From an uncultured delta proteobacterium (GTDB lineage: Bacteria; Desulfobacterota; BSN033; UBA1163), in contig CAWHBU010000003.1 of the NCBI GenBank assembly GCA_963827685.1, forward strand, positions 928,001-992,000: DNA of 64,000 bases. The letters run 5' to 3'. Under the pieces are notes generated by a model, which saw only the letters and a list, made by a program, of their open reading frames with translations, made no database searches and was not told the DNA's origin. Of this stretch, positions 40,341-50,261 are shown one piece after another. A program made the position numbers and the translations under genes. Numbering within the stretch: the stretch's first letter is position 1; every line of letters starts with the position of its first letter.

Positions 40341-41456
40341 TCAATTTTTTTGATGAAAGAACTCCCTGATGCTGGCACACACGAAATCCACCTTCTCCTT
40401 TTCAAGCTCTGGGTAGATGGGCAGGGAGAGTATCTTTTGCACAACCTCTTCTGTCACCTTCAGTTTGGGCTGTTGACCGAGAGCATTCCGAACGGCCGGT
40501 TGTTGATGGTTGGGAATAGGATAATGAATCCCTGATTGAACCCCCCTCTCTTTTAAGAAATCAGCCAGCTTCTCCCGCTGGGGAGTTTGGATGACATAAA
40601 GATGATAGACCGCTTCGGCCCAATCCTTTGCTCGAGGGGTCACCACACGAATTCCCTTTAATCCTTCATGATACCATTCGGCAATGCGCCTTCTTGACTC
40701 ATTAAACCAGTCCAACCTTCGAAGTTGTAAGCGACCCACCGCTCCTTGGATTTCATTGAATCTCAAATTATATCCCACCAGTTCATGCTCATATTTCTCT
40801 TTTCGACCGTGATCTCTCAGCATCCGACAGGTCTTGGCCATCTCATCATCCGAGGTAACAAGAATTCCACCGTCCCCAAAAACAGTCAAATTCTTCGAAG
40901 GATAGAAGGAAAAACAACCGCCAATTCCCATTGATCCTACTCTTGCTCCTTGATATCTGGCCCCATGAGCTTGGCAGCAATCCTCTAAAATGAAAAGCCC
41001 ATAACGCTTTGCCAAATCACGAAGGGAATCCATATGGGCAGGGTGACCGTAAAGATGTACGGGGATCATCCCTTTAATCTCCTTGACCCCCGATATCCGG
41101 CTCTTATTTCTTAAAACCGATTCGATATGTTTGGGATCTACTGTAAAGGTATCATCGATATCGATGAAAATCGGTCTGGCTCCAACATGAAATATGGGTT
41201 CAATGGTTGGAAAAGCCGTGAGCGAAGGAACCAGGATACCATCGCCCTCCTTAACCCCCAAGGCCTTGAGGCACAAAAAAATGGCAGAGGTCCCTGAGGA
41301 GGTGAGGACAGCGTGCTTCACCCCGACGAATTGGGCAAACTCTTTTTCAAAATCTTTACATTGGTTCCCCAGAATATATTGTCCGGAATCAATCACCTCT
41401 AAGACACGATCTTTCATTTCCTTATCCACGTAGGGTTTAGATAGAGGCACCTTCAT
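40341..41456 (-). CDS. DegT/DnrJ/EryC1/StrS sugar aminotransferase
   Basis: PVHLYG, EDCCQAHGA, FSFYPSKNL...GDGG, GYNLR. Confidence 0.92.
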   Translation of the reverse strand: MKVPLSKPYVDKEMKDRVLEVIDSGQYILGNQCKDFEKEFAQFVGVKHAVLTSSGTSAIFLCLKALGVKEGDGILVPSLTAFPTIEPIFHVGARPIFIDIDDTFTVDPKHIESVLRNKSRISGVKEIKGMIPVHLYGHPAHMDSLRDLAKRYGLFILEDCCQAHGARYQGARVGSMGIGGCFSFYPSKNLTVFGDGGILVTSDDEMAKTCRMLRDHGRKEKYEHELVGYNLRFNEIQGAVGRLQLRRLDWFNESRRRIAEWYHEGLKGIRVVTPRAKDWAEAVYHLYVIQTPQREKLADFLKERGVQSGIHYPIPNHQQPAVRNALGQQPKLKVTEEVVQKILSLPIYPELEKEKVDFVCASIREFFHQKN

Positions 41457-41476
41457 CTTAACTCCTTTCCCTGAAT

Positions 41477-41572
41477 GGGAAGCTGCCCGCCCACAGGGCG
41501 GGGCTTCCCGGCACTGTAATGTCGTTCATATTGTGCCCCTCAACCCCCCTACAAGGCGGGGCTTGCGGGGCA
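41477..41572. repeat. Paired-hairpin element, possibly IS200/IS605-derived
   Basis: GGGAAGCTGCCCGCCCACAGGGCGGGGCTTCCC and GTGCCCC...GGCGGGGCTTGCGGGGCAC. Confidence 0.5.
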
Positions 41573-41580
41573 CGGTCCGG

Positions 41581-42558
41581 TCAGATTTTTTCCCATTTCA
41601 TCTCCAATCTCTTCCCACTCCGAGAGGATTCGTAACAGACCTCAACGATTTTTAATGCCTCAAACCCAGCCTGCCCATCCGCCAAGGGCTTGGACCGACT
41701 CTTCATCGAATCAAGAAAGGCTCTTAATTCTATCGTCAGGGGCTCTTCTGGGTTGACGGGAATGCTTTGAGCCTCTCCTTCTAAGGCGACACATTTCGGC
41801 CCCTGCCTCTCATGTCGGTTCTCACAGAAGAGAAGGGAATTTTTTTGGAAGTCGCAATACAGGCTTGCTCGATCTCCGACAATGGCGATATCTCTTCTTT
41901 TTTCGGGCGGCATATAACCCGCCTCAATAAAAACAATCTTTCCATGATAGTCCAAAATGGAGACAGAGGTGTCATCAAGGGGAAGGTTGAGGTAATTTTT
42001 TACAACGGCCGTCACCGCTTGAGGGGGCTCACGAAGGAGATAATTGAAAAGATCGAAATAATGAATCGCATCCGTCTGGGTCACCCCGACATCCGTCCTG
42101 GGTCGTTTGAATCCCATGAAATGGCCATAGGCATACTGGACCTTCCCCAACCGACCCTCCTCGATGAGACTCTTGATCTTCGAGGAAGCAGGATGGTACC
42201 GATAGATATGGCCCACTTGAAGGATCACCCCTTTCTTATTCGCTCGGGTGATCATCTCTTTGGCCTCTCGAGACGTGAGGGCGATCGGTTTCTCCACGAA
42301 GACATCTTTCTTCTTATCAAAGCACTCTTTGCAGATGGTCAGGTGGTTATCGGCGGGTGTCACGATATCAACCCCATCTATTCGATCAAGGAAATCGTGA
42401 TAATCGGTGGAAAGATGATCTTCAGGGATGGAGAATTCCCGGCAGGTCTTCAGTTGGCTCGAATCTGAATCCACCACATAAAGTTCGTCGACAAGCTTCG
42501 TAAGAGCTTTCAAATGATTCTTGCCCCACCGTCCTATTCCGATCAATAAAAGCTTCAT
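41581..42558 (-). CDS. Gfo/Idh/MocA NDP-sugar oxidoreductase (GnnA/WbpB-like)
   Basis: IGIGRWG, VFVEKP, VGHIYRYHP, DAIH; immediately upstream of a DegT aminotransferase. Confidence 0.85.
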   Translation of the reverse strand: MKLLLIGIGRWGKNHLKALTKLVDELYVVDSDSSQLKTCREFSIPEDHLSTDYHDFLDRIDGVDIVTPADNHLTICKECFDKKKDVFVEKPIALTSREAKEMITRANKKGVILQVGHIYRYHPASSKIKSLIEEGRLGKVQYAYGHFMGFKRPRTDVGVTQTDAIHYFDLFNYLLREPPQAVTAVVKNYLNLPLDDTSVSILDYHGKIVFIEAGYMPPEKRRDIAIVGDRASLYCDFQKNSLLFCENRHERQGPKCVALEGEAQSIPVNPEEPLTIELRAFLDSMKSRSKPLADGQAGFEALKIVEVCYESSRSGKRLEMKWEKI

Positions 42559-42667
42559 ATCTCTCCCTAACTCTCCTTAAGATTTTTGATGTCTTCTATT
42601 TCTTCCTTTTTAAAAAGACGAAAAGGAACCGACAGAATAAGTCCTTAAGATAAAAAAGGTTGTGACT

Positions 42668-43312
42668 TTATTTGTTACATAACAATAGTACGTTATCGGA
42701 AAATAATCTTGAGGCAGGGATGGCCTTATAAATATTTAAACCATTCTCCCTGAGCTCCTTCGATATCTCTTGGAGCGAGATCCTTTTCTTGATCGGCCTT
42801 TCGCTGAATAGGGATCCTATCCTGCGGGCCATCACTTTAAACCTATTTGGATAATTATAATCGATGATAAGCCATTTCTTGGTTACCCTTCTCATCTCTT
42901 GAAGCATTCGATATCTTATCTCAGCAGGGATATGATAGATAAATCTGATGGAGAAGATACAGTCAACACTATTGTCCTTAAATGCCATGGCCTCGGCATC
43001 CAGGCGGATATTCCAGAATGAGTCTTCAAAACCGTCCATCCTCTTTCTTGACTCCATCATCATCTCTAACGAGATATCCCCGCCGATCCATTTATACCCG
43101 CTTTTTAAGATCAGATGACTTAATCTTCCTGTCCCGCAGGGGATGTCCAGGGCAAGCCCTCTTCTCCCTGTCAACCGAATCAGCTTTGAGATCACCCTTT
43201 TGGTATTCCAATTCCTAAATCTTCCATAGATCCCCTTAAATCTTGTCTTCTCATAGCCCGCCGCATAGATCTTGTTTTGATACAGTTGCCTTACATGATA
43301 CATGCCCCACAC
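42668..43312 (-). CDS. Class I SAM-dependent methyltransferase
   Basis: LDIPCGTGR, DISLEM, DAEAMAFKDNSVD. Confidence 0.85.
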   Translation of the reverse strand: MWGMYHVRQLYQNKIYAAGYEKTRFKGIYGRFRNWNTKRVISKLIRLTGRRGLALDIPCGTGRLSHLILKSGYKWIGGDISLEMMMESRKRMDGFEDSFWNIRLDAEAMAFKDNSVDCIFSIRFIYHIPAEIRYRMLQEMRRVTKKWLIIDYNYPNRFKVMARRIGSLFSERPIKKRISLQEISKELRENGLNIYKAIPASRLFSDNVLLLCNK

Positions 43313-43457
43313 CTTTTCATTTCAATCTACAGAAGCTCTTCCATCCAATCTTTTTGACGGGTAAATCCTATCACTCATGGCTTCACTTTGATCCTCGTCG
43401 TTTCTATTTAACCCCGCTCTCTTGAGATGTCAATCCTTCCGAAAACTCATCCGAATC

Positions 43458-45059
43458 TCAGTGGTTCGAAATGAGAACATATTCCCAATTGGCCACTTTC
43501 ACCTGTTCAATAGGACAAAGCTCGACTCCTGTTTCCTTCTTAAGGTTACTGAGGACTTCCGGATAGATCACAACAAAAACGCGTTGGGAGGAGTTGAAGA
43601 TTTCAAGAAACCGTTCCTTGCTTTGAATACTCTCTATATAAGGCTTCTTTGTATAGTAAAGCAACCCATTAGACTTAAGGGAATACGTTTTGAGATCATC
43701 TCCGATCTCCATTCTTTTCAGGATTTTCTCTGCAAAGGACTTCGCTGACTTCTGAGGATTGAGTTTCGGCAGAACTGAATAGGAGAGATGGAGATGGAGA
43801 AGAGCGAAAGCGATCATGAGGCTGATGAACGAGGCCCATCTCTTTTTCTTGATAAAAAACAACAGGGAGAAAAAGGATCCAACCAATAAATAAGAGAGAA
43901 CGGAGAGCCCCAAGGATTGATAGTCCATCAGGGCCGGATAGAATCTTTGCGGAATTTTTGACAGGAACAGAACAGAGCCGGCGAAAAAGAGCAAAGTCAA
44001 AAGGAGAAGTCCGGACAGGAACCCCTTTTTCCCCTCCTCTGATTTAAACCAGCGATCCCATAAATTCCCAACCATCAGGGCGGCTGCCGGGTAAAGGGGT
44101 AAAAGGTAGTTATCCTTCTTTCCTTTGGAGAGGGTGAAGAAAAGGAAGATAAAAAGGAACCAGATAGAGAGAAATAGGAATTCTTTTCTTTTGCCAAACT
44201 CTTTCCGTAACCCAAATATGAATGCGGTGGGCAAGAAAACGATCCAAGGAAAGAATTCTACAGGAAAACGAATAAAATAGAAATGGAATGGCTCGGAATG
44301 AAAATGTCTTCCTCCCTCCACATAAGTTCCAACAGCCTGTTTAAAAAGGATCCAATGGACATAATCTTTTCCTCCAATCCAACAGGCAGGTATCCACCAT
44401 ATCAACACAACCATGACAGAGAGAAGAAATCCCAGGAGAAGGTCGCGGCACCAAAACTCCCTCATATTCTTTTGAAAACCGGAGAAGATCAGAAAGATAG
44501 GGAGCGTAAGATAAGCAATAGGCCCTTTCGTTAAGATCGCAAGCCCCGTAAAGAGCCCAGCCAGAAGGTAATACCTCCGGCGCCGCTCCTCCTTCTCGTA
44601 GCCCAGGTAGAAGGAGAAGAGGGCCAGAAGAAAGAAGAGCGTGAAAAGAGAATCCAACATCATCCAGCGCGATAAGTGAGGGAACAGGATACACGTCCCC
44701 AGAACCATCGCGGAAAGGAATCCGACTCTGAGACGAAATAGTTTCTCTCCAAGAAGAAAAGTGACGAAAAGGGTAATCAACCCTGCCAGGGCGGAGGGAA
44801 GGCGATTGGTCAACTCGTTATTCTCTCCTAAAAAGAAAGTGGAGAGATTGACCAACCAAAAAGAAAGGGGAGGTTTCTCTGCATAAACGTCTCCGTTGAG
44901 ATGAGGCAAAATCCAATTCCCTGTTTCTTTCATTTCCCGAGCGATCACTGCATATCGGGTTTCATCCGGTTCCCATAGATCCCTTCCACCCAAATTGAAA
45001 ATGAATAGAACCATCCCGATGGCGAGTATGGCGAAGACATATTTTCTTCTCACATCCAT
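43458..45059 (-). CDS. ArnT-family transferase (paralog 4)
   Basis: DLWEPDETRYA.IAREM, EKPPL, RLPSA, TKGP, KKDNYLLPLYP; GGAGG RBS. Confidence 0.9.
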   Translation of the reverse strand: MDVRRKYVFAILAIGMVLFIFNLGGRDLWEPDETRYAVIAREMKETGNWILPHLNGDVYAEKPPLSFWLVNLSTFFLGENNELTNRLPSALAGLITLFVTFLLGEKLFRLRVGFLSAMVLGTCILFPHLSRWMMLDSLFTLFFLLALFSFYLGYEKEERRRRYYLLAGLFTGLAILTKGPIAYLTLPIFLIFSGFQKNMREFWCRDLLLGFLLSVMVVLIWWIPACWIGGKDYVHWILFKQAVGTYVEGGRHFHSEPFHFYFIRFPVEFFPWIVFLPTAFIFGLRKEFGKRKEFLFLSIWFLFIFLFFTLSKGKKDNYLLPLYPAAALMVGNLWDRWFKSEEGKKGFLSGLLLLTLLFFAGSVLFLSKIPQRFYPALMDYQSLGLSVLSYLLVGSFFSLLFFIKKKRWASFISLMIAFALLHLHLSYSVLPKLNPQKSAKSFAEKILKRMEIGDDLKTYSLKSNGLLYYTKKPYIESIQSKERFLEIFNSSQRVFVVIYPEVLSNLKKETGVELCPIEQVKVANWEYVLISNH

Positions 45060-45401
45060 AAACTTAAAGTCCCCTCCAAATCTATACACATTGAAGAAGA
45101 ACAAGGTTTTACCAGTCTATTAGAATCAATACTCCAAAGACAAGTAAATTTTTTAAGGGAAAAATTATAACACAAAGATCATAAAAGTGGAGTCGACATA
45201 CATTAGATTTATATTAAGATTCCTTAATGTTATTGAAAAGGTCCCCATTTGATATTAGTATATGGTATTTCTATGTCTACCATTTCTATTACTATTTTAG
45301 CCAAATCTGTACATTCATGAACTTTATGAGTCGAAGTGGGAAGCCTTTTATTTGAAATCATTACTATTAAGTATCAAGAAGTTAAAATTAGTTTATTTCA
45401 T

Positions 45402-45417
45402 TGGCATCCTTTTTGCC
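45402..45417 (+). promoter_or_regulatory. Putative sigma54 (-24/-12) promoter of the ACP-FabF operon
   Basis: TGGCAT-CCTTT-TTGC (GG-N10-GC) ~75 nt upstream of the ACP start, preceded by an AT-rich tract. Confidence 0.65.
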
Positions 45418-45492
45418 ACATTTTTAAAAATTCTAACTCAACAGAATTAGCCACTCTAAATTTTCCTTGGGATTGGCATAGAGGAGGTATCC

Positions 45493-45765
45493 ATGTCTAC
45501 AATAGAGAGACTGAAAAAACTTTTTATCAACAAATTTGATTTTAACATTGAGGAACTCAAACCCGAAACAACCCTCGAATATTTGGGCCTCGACTCCCTC
45601 GATAAGATCGAATTCATGTTCGATATCGAAAATGAATTTAATATAAAAATTCCTGACCAAGAATTTAAGGTGACAACGATACAGGACATCGTAGATGCTG
45701 TGGACCGGTTCATCTCGGAACAAAGGATAGGGTCTTTAAGCCCGGTGATGCTCAGTAATAGTTGA
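45493..45765 (+). CDS. Acyl carrier protein
   Basis: LGLDSLD phosphopantetheine site, IENEFNIKIPD; GAGGAGG RBS. Confidence 0.92.
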   Translation: MSTIERLKKLFINKFDFNIEELKPETTLEYLGLDSLDKIEFMFDIENEFNIKIPDQEFKVTTIQDIVDAVDRFISEQRIGSLSPVMLSNS

Positions 45766-45799
45766 ACTAAATAAATATGAACGCGGAGATTTTATTTTG

Positions 45800-47038
45800 A
45801 TGAAACGGAGAGTGGCGGTCACAGGAATGGGTATTATTTCCGCTTGTGGGAATAATATCAATGATTTTTCAGCCAATATCACGGCTGGCAAGTCCGGAGT
45901 CAGAAGGATCTCTTCAGAATATTCAAACCCCCTTTCAGTAAAAATTGCAGCCGAAGTCGATTTTAATCCTTTCGATTATTTTGAAAAGAGACAAGTATCT
46001 TACTTAGATCGCGTCAACCAATTCGCTTTGGCCGCTGCTTCGCAAGCCTGGAAGGATGCAGTGCTTTCTCTCGATGCGAAGGAAAAAGGACGGTCGGGAG
46101 TATATATGGGTACGGGGTTAGGCGGTGCGAATGCCCTAGAGGATGGGTACATACGATTGTTCAAGGAAAACTCAGATAGGGTGAAACCATTATCTGTCTT
46201 GATGATCATGAACAATGCTTCCGCTTCCCATATCTCTATAGAGTATGGACTCACGGGGCCATGTTTGACTATATCCACGGCTTGTGCTTCGTCCGCAAAC
46301 GCGATTGGTGAGGCCTTCCGACAGATCAGAGACGGTTATGCTGAGGTCATGCTCGCAGGAGGGACTGAGTCCTTTTTAACTTACGGGGTTTTCCGAAGTT
46401 GGGAGGCCCTCAGGGTTCTGGCTGTGGAAGACCCTGATGACCCGTCAAAATCTTGCAAGCCTTTCTCGAGAAACCGCTCGGGGTTAGTGCTTGGGGAGGG
46501 GGCTGCCGTGGTAGTGCTCGAGGAGATGGAGAGGGCCGTTCGCCGTGAAGCCCCACTCTACGCCGAGATCCTTGGCTATGGGTCTACCTCTGATGCCTTT
46601 CATATTACTAAACCTTCTTTTGAAGGACAGGCACAAGCCATCTCAGGAGCGATCAAAGAAGGGGGGGTCTCTCCTGAAGATATAGACTACATCAATGCTC
46701 ATGGCACGGCAACCCAGTTGAATGATCTATTGGAGACCCAAGCCATCAAGAAGGTATTCGGCGATTACGCCTACAAGGTCCCCATTAGTTCTACAAAATC
46801 GATGCATGGTCATACAATTGGAGCCGCTGGGGCAATTGAATTGATCGTCTCACTTCTTGCAATTAAAAACCAAGCCATTCCCCCAACGATCAACCTTGAT
46901 CAACCCGACCCCGATTGTGACCTTGATTATGTTCCAAACATTGGCCGTGAAGGGGTGAAGGTGAATACGGTGATGTCGAATTCTTTCGCTTTTGGAGGAA
47001 CGAATGCGGTCCTCATCGCCAGGAAGGTGGGGGAATGA
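45800..47038 (+). CDS. fabF: Beta-ketoacyl-ACP synthase II family
   Basis: RVAVTGMG, TACASS, NAHGT, KSMHGH, SNSFAFGG. Confidence 0.9.
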   Translation: MKRRVAVTGMGIISACGNNINDFSANITAGKSGVRRISSEYSNPLSVKIAAEVDFNPFDYFEKRQVSYLDRVNQFALAAASQAWKDAVLSLDAKEKGRSGVYMGTGLGGANALEDGYIRLFKENSDRVKPLSVLMIMNNASASHISIEYGLTGPCLTISTACASSANAIGEAFRQIRDGYAEVMLAGGTESFLTYGVFRSWEALRVLAVEDPDDPSKSCKPFSRNRSGLVLGEGAAVVVLEEMERAVRREAPLYAEILGYGSTSDAFHITKPSFEGQAQAISGAIKEGGVSPEDIDYINAHGTATQLNDLLETQAIKKVFGDYAYKVPISSTKSMHGHTIGAAGAIELIVSLLAIKNQAIPPTINLDQPDPDCDLDYVPNIGREGVKVNTVMSNSFAFGGTNAVLIARKVGE

Positions 47039-47039
47039 T

Positions 47040-47756
47040 ATGAAATACATGTTTTTCTGTGACTTTGACGGAACGGTCACGAGAGAAGATGTGATCGACA
47101 GGATTCTAGAAGAATTTGCTGACCCGATGTGGATGGAGATAGAGCAGTCCTGGGTGAAAGGAGAAATCGGTTCTCGGGAGTGCCTGGCCATGCAGACCAA
47201 GCTCATCAAGGCAAAAAAATGTGACCTTCTCGATTTTGTGAAAGGGATCGAAATTGACCCAACCTTTATCGATTTCGCCAGGTATTGTAAAAGCAAGTCC
47301 TTTGACCTCATCATTCTCAGCGATGGAATCGACCTGTTCATCAACTCCATACTGAATCGATATGGGCTGAAGAATATTAGAGTATACGCCAATAGTCTGA
47401 GGTCACCCTCCGAGGGCCATGAGATGTTCTTCCCTTATTTCAGGAAGGATTGTTTGAGTCGAAGCGGCGTCTGCAAGTGTAAGATCATGGAAGAACTTTC
47501 CAGTCCAGAGGGAATCAACATTCTTGTAGGCGATGGCCGCTCCGATTTTTGCATCGCAAGAAAAGCGACCCTGACCTTCGCTAAATCATCCCTCCTTGAT
47601 TTCTGCAGGACCGAAAAAATCCCACATATGGAGCATAGAGAATTTGGAGACATCACTGAATGGTTGAAGGATCAAATGGGTCAAGATCGTTTCATCTCTC
47701 AGAGGACTTTCGTCCATCCTGGTCTAAGGGGAGCCCGGAATGGTCAACGATGCTGA
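47040..47756 (+). CDS. MtnX-like HAD-IB phosphatase
   Basis: CDFDGTVT, ILSDG, GVCKC, VGDGRSDFC. Confidence 0.88.
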   Translation: MKYMFFCDFDGTVTREDVIDRILEEFADPMWMEIEQSWVKGEIGSRECLAMQTKLIKAKKCDLLDFVKGIEIDPTFIDFARYCKSKSFDLIILSDGIDLFINSILNRYGLKNIRVYANSLRSPSEGHEMFFPYFRKDCLSRSGVCKCKIMEELSSPEGINILVGDGRSDFCIARKATLTFAKSSLLDFCRTEKIPHMEHREFGDITEWLKDQMGQDRFISQRTFVHPGLRGARNGQRC

Positions 47757-49110
47757 ACTGATCAAGAAAGATTCGATCTACTGTTCTTATGGAGATACGG
47801 TTCACTATGCGGAACCTCCGAAAATCTTCAGAGGATGCGAAGGGAGTTTTCTTTACGACAGCGCAGATATTCCTTACCTTGACCTTCAGATGTGGTACTC
47901 CGCTGCAAGTTTCGGATATAAAAATCAGAGACTGCGCGAGGCTTTTCGGACTCAGATCGATACCCTTCCTCAACTCGCCTGCCAATACCTTCATGAAGGG
48001 AAGGTGCTTCTCGCAGAAAAAATCTGTCTTGCGAATATGAAGAGGTTCAAAGAAAAAGGCAGAATTCATTTTAACGTTGGCGGCGCCCAGGCGATTGAAG
48101 ACGCTCTAAAACTCGTTCGAAACGCAAAGGAAAAGAATCTGATGTTCGCCTTCATGGGGAGCTATCATGGACGAACGCTGGGGGCCTCCGCGATCACTTC
48201 AAGTTATCGCTACAGGAGGAGGTACGGCCATTTCTCAGACCGAGCCCAATTTATTCCATATCCTTACTGTTTCCGATGTTATTATGGGAAGAAACGGGAG
48301 GATTGTGATTTCTACTGCATTTCCCAATTTAAAAAGCTTTTTGAGACAGAGTATTACTCGGTCATCGATACAAAAGTGAAGGAGTCCGAGTATGCGGCTT
48401 TTTTCGTAGAGTCTATCCAGGCGACAGGGGGTTATATCGTGCCCCCCAAGGATTATTTTAAAAGATTTAAAAAAATCCTCGACAATTGGAGAATCTTGTT
48501 CGTGGATGATGAAATCCAGATGGGTATCTACAGAACAGGAAAACTCTGGGCCATCGAGAATTTTGAGGTCAGCCCTGATATCGTCGTTTTTGGAAAAGCA
48601 TTGACCAATGGCCTAAACCCATTATCAGGGGTCTGGGCCAAAGAAGGTCTGATCTCCCCTGCCCTCTTCCCTCCTGGGTCAACCCATTCGACCTTTTCAT
48701 CAAATCCACTCGGTACAAGCATTGCTCTTGAGGTGATGGCGATGCTTGAAGAGGAAGATTATGAAAAGAAAGTGTCAGAAAGCGGAGGTTATTTCCTCTC
48801 CTTGCTTCGAGATCTCAAGAAGAAACACCGGGAGATAGGAGATGTGGATGGCCTGGGACTAGCGCTCCGGGTGGAGATATGCAAATCAGACAGCTTTACT
48901 CCTGACAGGGAGCTGACAGAGAGAATGTTTCTTGAAGGGTTGAAAGGGACCTTAAGCTACAATGGATCGAAATATGGACTGATCCTCGACATTGGGGGGT
49001 ATTATAAGAATGTCTTCACCCTTGCCCCTTCTCTCCACATCACCCAAGCCGAAATGGAGATGGCAGTTGAACTGCTTGACCAACTAATAAGCAAGTGTAA
49101 GAAAGCATAG
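47740..49110 (+). CDS. Class III PLP-dependent aminotransferase
   Basis: GSYHGRT, DDEIQMGIYRTG, FGKALTNG, THSTF. Confidence 0.9.
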   Translation: MVNDAELIKKDSIYCSYGDTVHYAEPPKIFRGCEGSFLYDSADIPYLDLQMWYSAASFGYKNQRLREAFRTQIDTLPQLACQYLHEGKVLLAEKICLANMKRFKEKGRIHFNVGGAQAIEDALKLVRNAKEKNLMFAFMGSYHGRTLGASAITSSYRYRRRYGHFSDRAQFIPYPYCFRCYYGKKREDCDFYCISQFKKLFETEYYSVIDTKVKESEYAAFFVESIQATGGYIVPPKDYFKRFKKILDNWRILFVDDEIQMGIYRTGKLWAIENFEVSPDIVVFGKALTNGLNPLSGVWAKEGLISPALFPPGSTHSTFSSNPLGTSIALEVMAMLEEEDYEKKVSESGGYFLSLLRDLKKKHREIGDVDGLGLALRVEICKSDSFTPDRELTERMFLEGLKGTLSYNGSKYGLILDIGGYYKNVFTLAPSLHITQAEMEMAVELLDQLISKCKKA

Positions 49111-49119
49111 GACGCTTGA

Positions 49120-49968
49120 ATGCCCGATCACGAGATAGACCTCTCCGGCAGAAATCATTCGGTGCTCCTCATTCATGGACTGACGGGGAGCCCTTTCGAG
49201 ATGAAATACCTTGCTAGAAAGTTAAACAAGGCCGGGTTCACCGTTAAAGGACCCTGCCTGGACGGGCATTGTACAACCCTCAAGAATCTTTCTAAAACCA
49301 ACTGGAAAGATTGGTACCGGTCCGTCTGTGATAGTTTTATAGAGATGAAGAAGTCTTCTGATACGGTATCCGTCGTGGGCCTTTGTATGGGGGCCCTTCT
49401 TTCCCTTCACCTCTCTTATGAGTTTGGCTCAGAAGTGGCAGCCGTATCTCTGATTTCGACGACTCTTTTTTATGATGGCTGGAGCCTCCCTTGGTATAAG
49501 TTTCTCCTTCCCATCTCTTATTATTTCCCATTTAGGTATGTCTATTCTTATTCAGAGACAGAGCCTTATGGGATAAAGAATAAGGCATTAAGAGAACGAA
49601 TTGTCAACCTGATGGAGAATGACTCTATTGCCTATACAAAAACTCCCGCCGCAAGTATCCATGAGCTGTTTAAGTTGATCAAACAGGTGAAAAAAGAGCT
49701 CCCTGCGATCACGACACCCGCCTTGATCCTCCACTCCAGCGAAGACGATCTCACGAGTACCAAGAACCCGGATTATGTCGAGGAGAAAATCGGATCCAAG
49801 ATCGTTCGAAAGATTATTTTGGATGACAGTTATCACATGATGACGATCGATAATCAGAAGGACCGTGTGGCCGAAGAAACGATAAAGTTTTTTAGGGAGC
49901 AAATATCTCCTCATGTTCAGACAGAACGTCAAGCGGGAGAATTTCTCCCCAATGGTGGTTACCTTTAA
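49120..49968 (+). CDS. Alpha/beta hydrolase with Cys at the nucleophile position
   Basis: IHGLTGSP, GLCMG (GxCxG), EDD, SYH. Confidence 0.85.
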   Translation: MPDHEIDLSGRNHSVLLIHGLTGSPFEMKYLARKLNKAGFTVKGPCLDGHCTTLKNLSKTNWKDWYRSVCDSFIEMKKSSDTVSVVGLCMGALLSLHLSYEFGSEVAAVSLISTTLFYDGWSLPWYKFLLPISYYFPFRYVYSYSETEPYGIKNKALRERIVNLMENDSIAYTKTPAASIHELFKLIKQVKKELPAITTPALILHSSEDDLTSTKNPDYVEEKIGSKIVRKIILDDSYHMMTIDNQKDRVAEETIKFFREQISPHVQTERQAGEFLPNGGYL

Positions 49969-50017
49969 TTCCGATATCACAAAATCTTAGTTTTCTTGCC
50001 TAAGTAAGGAGGAAAAT

Positions 50018-50212
50018 ATGTTTGGCGGAATAGGGATGCCGGAGCTACTTGTCATTTTGGTCATCGTCTTGATCATTTTTGGTGCCAATAAACTTCCCCA
50101 GATCGGTGAAGGGCTTGGAAAAGGAATCCAAAACTTCAAGAAGAACATCAAAGGGAAGGGAGAGACTGATATCACTTCCAAGAGCGCCGAGCAAATGTCC
50201 GGGGGAAAATAA
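50018..50212 (+). CDS. tatA: Twin-arginine translocase TatA
   Basis: [37 protein letters not shown]. Confidence 0.93.
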   Translation: MFGGIGMPELLVILVIVLIIFGANKLPQIGEGLGKGIQNFKKNIKGKGETDITSKSAEQMSGGK

Positions 50213-50261
50213 GAGGCCAAAGGCTGCATTCTTGTAAAGATTAAATTTAAGAGAAGATTTC

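Noticed and set aside
47040-47756. MtnX of methionine salvage
   Set aside because: No mtnA/B/W/D nearby; context is acyl-carrier chemistry, so only the family is called
47740-49110. Serine palmitoyltransferase / canonical sphingolipid pathway
   Set aside because: Motifs are class III aminotransferase, not the alpha-oxoamine synthase family
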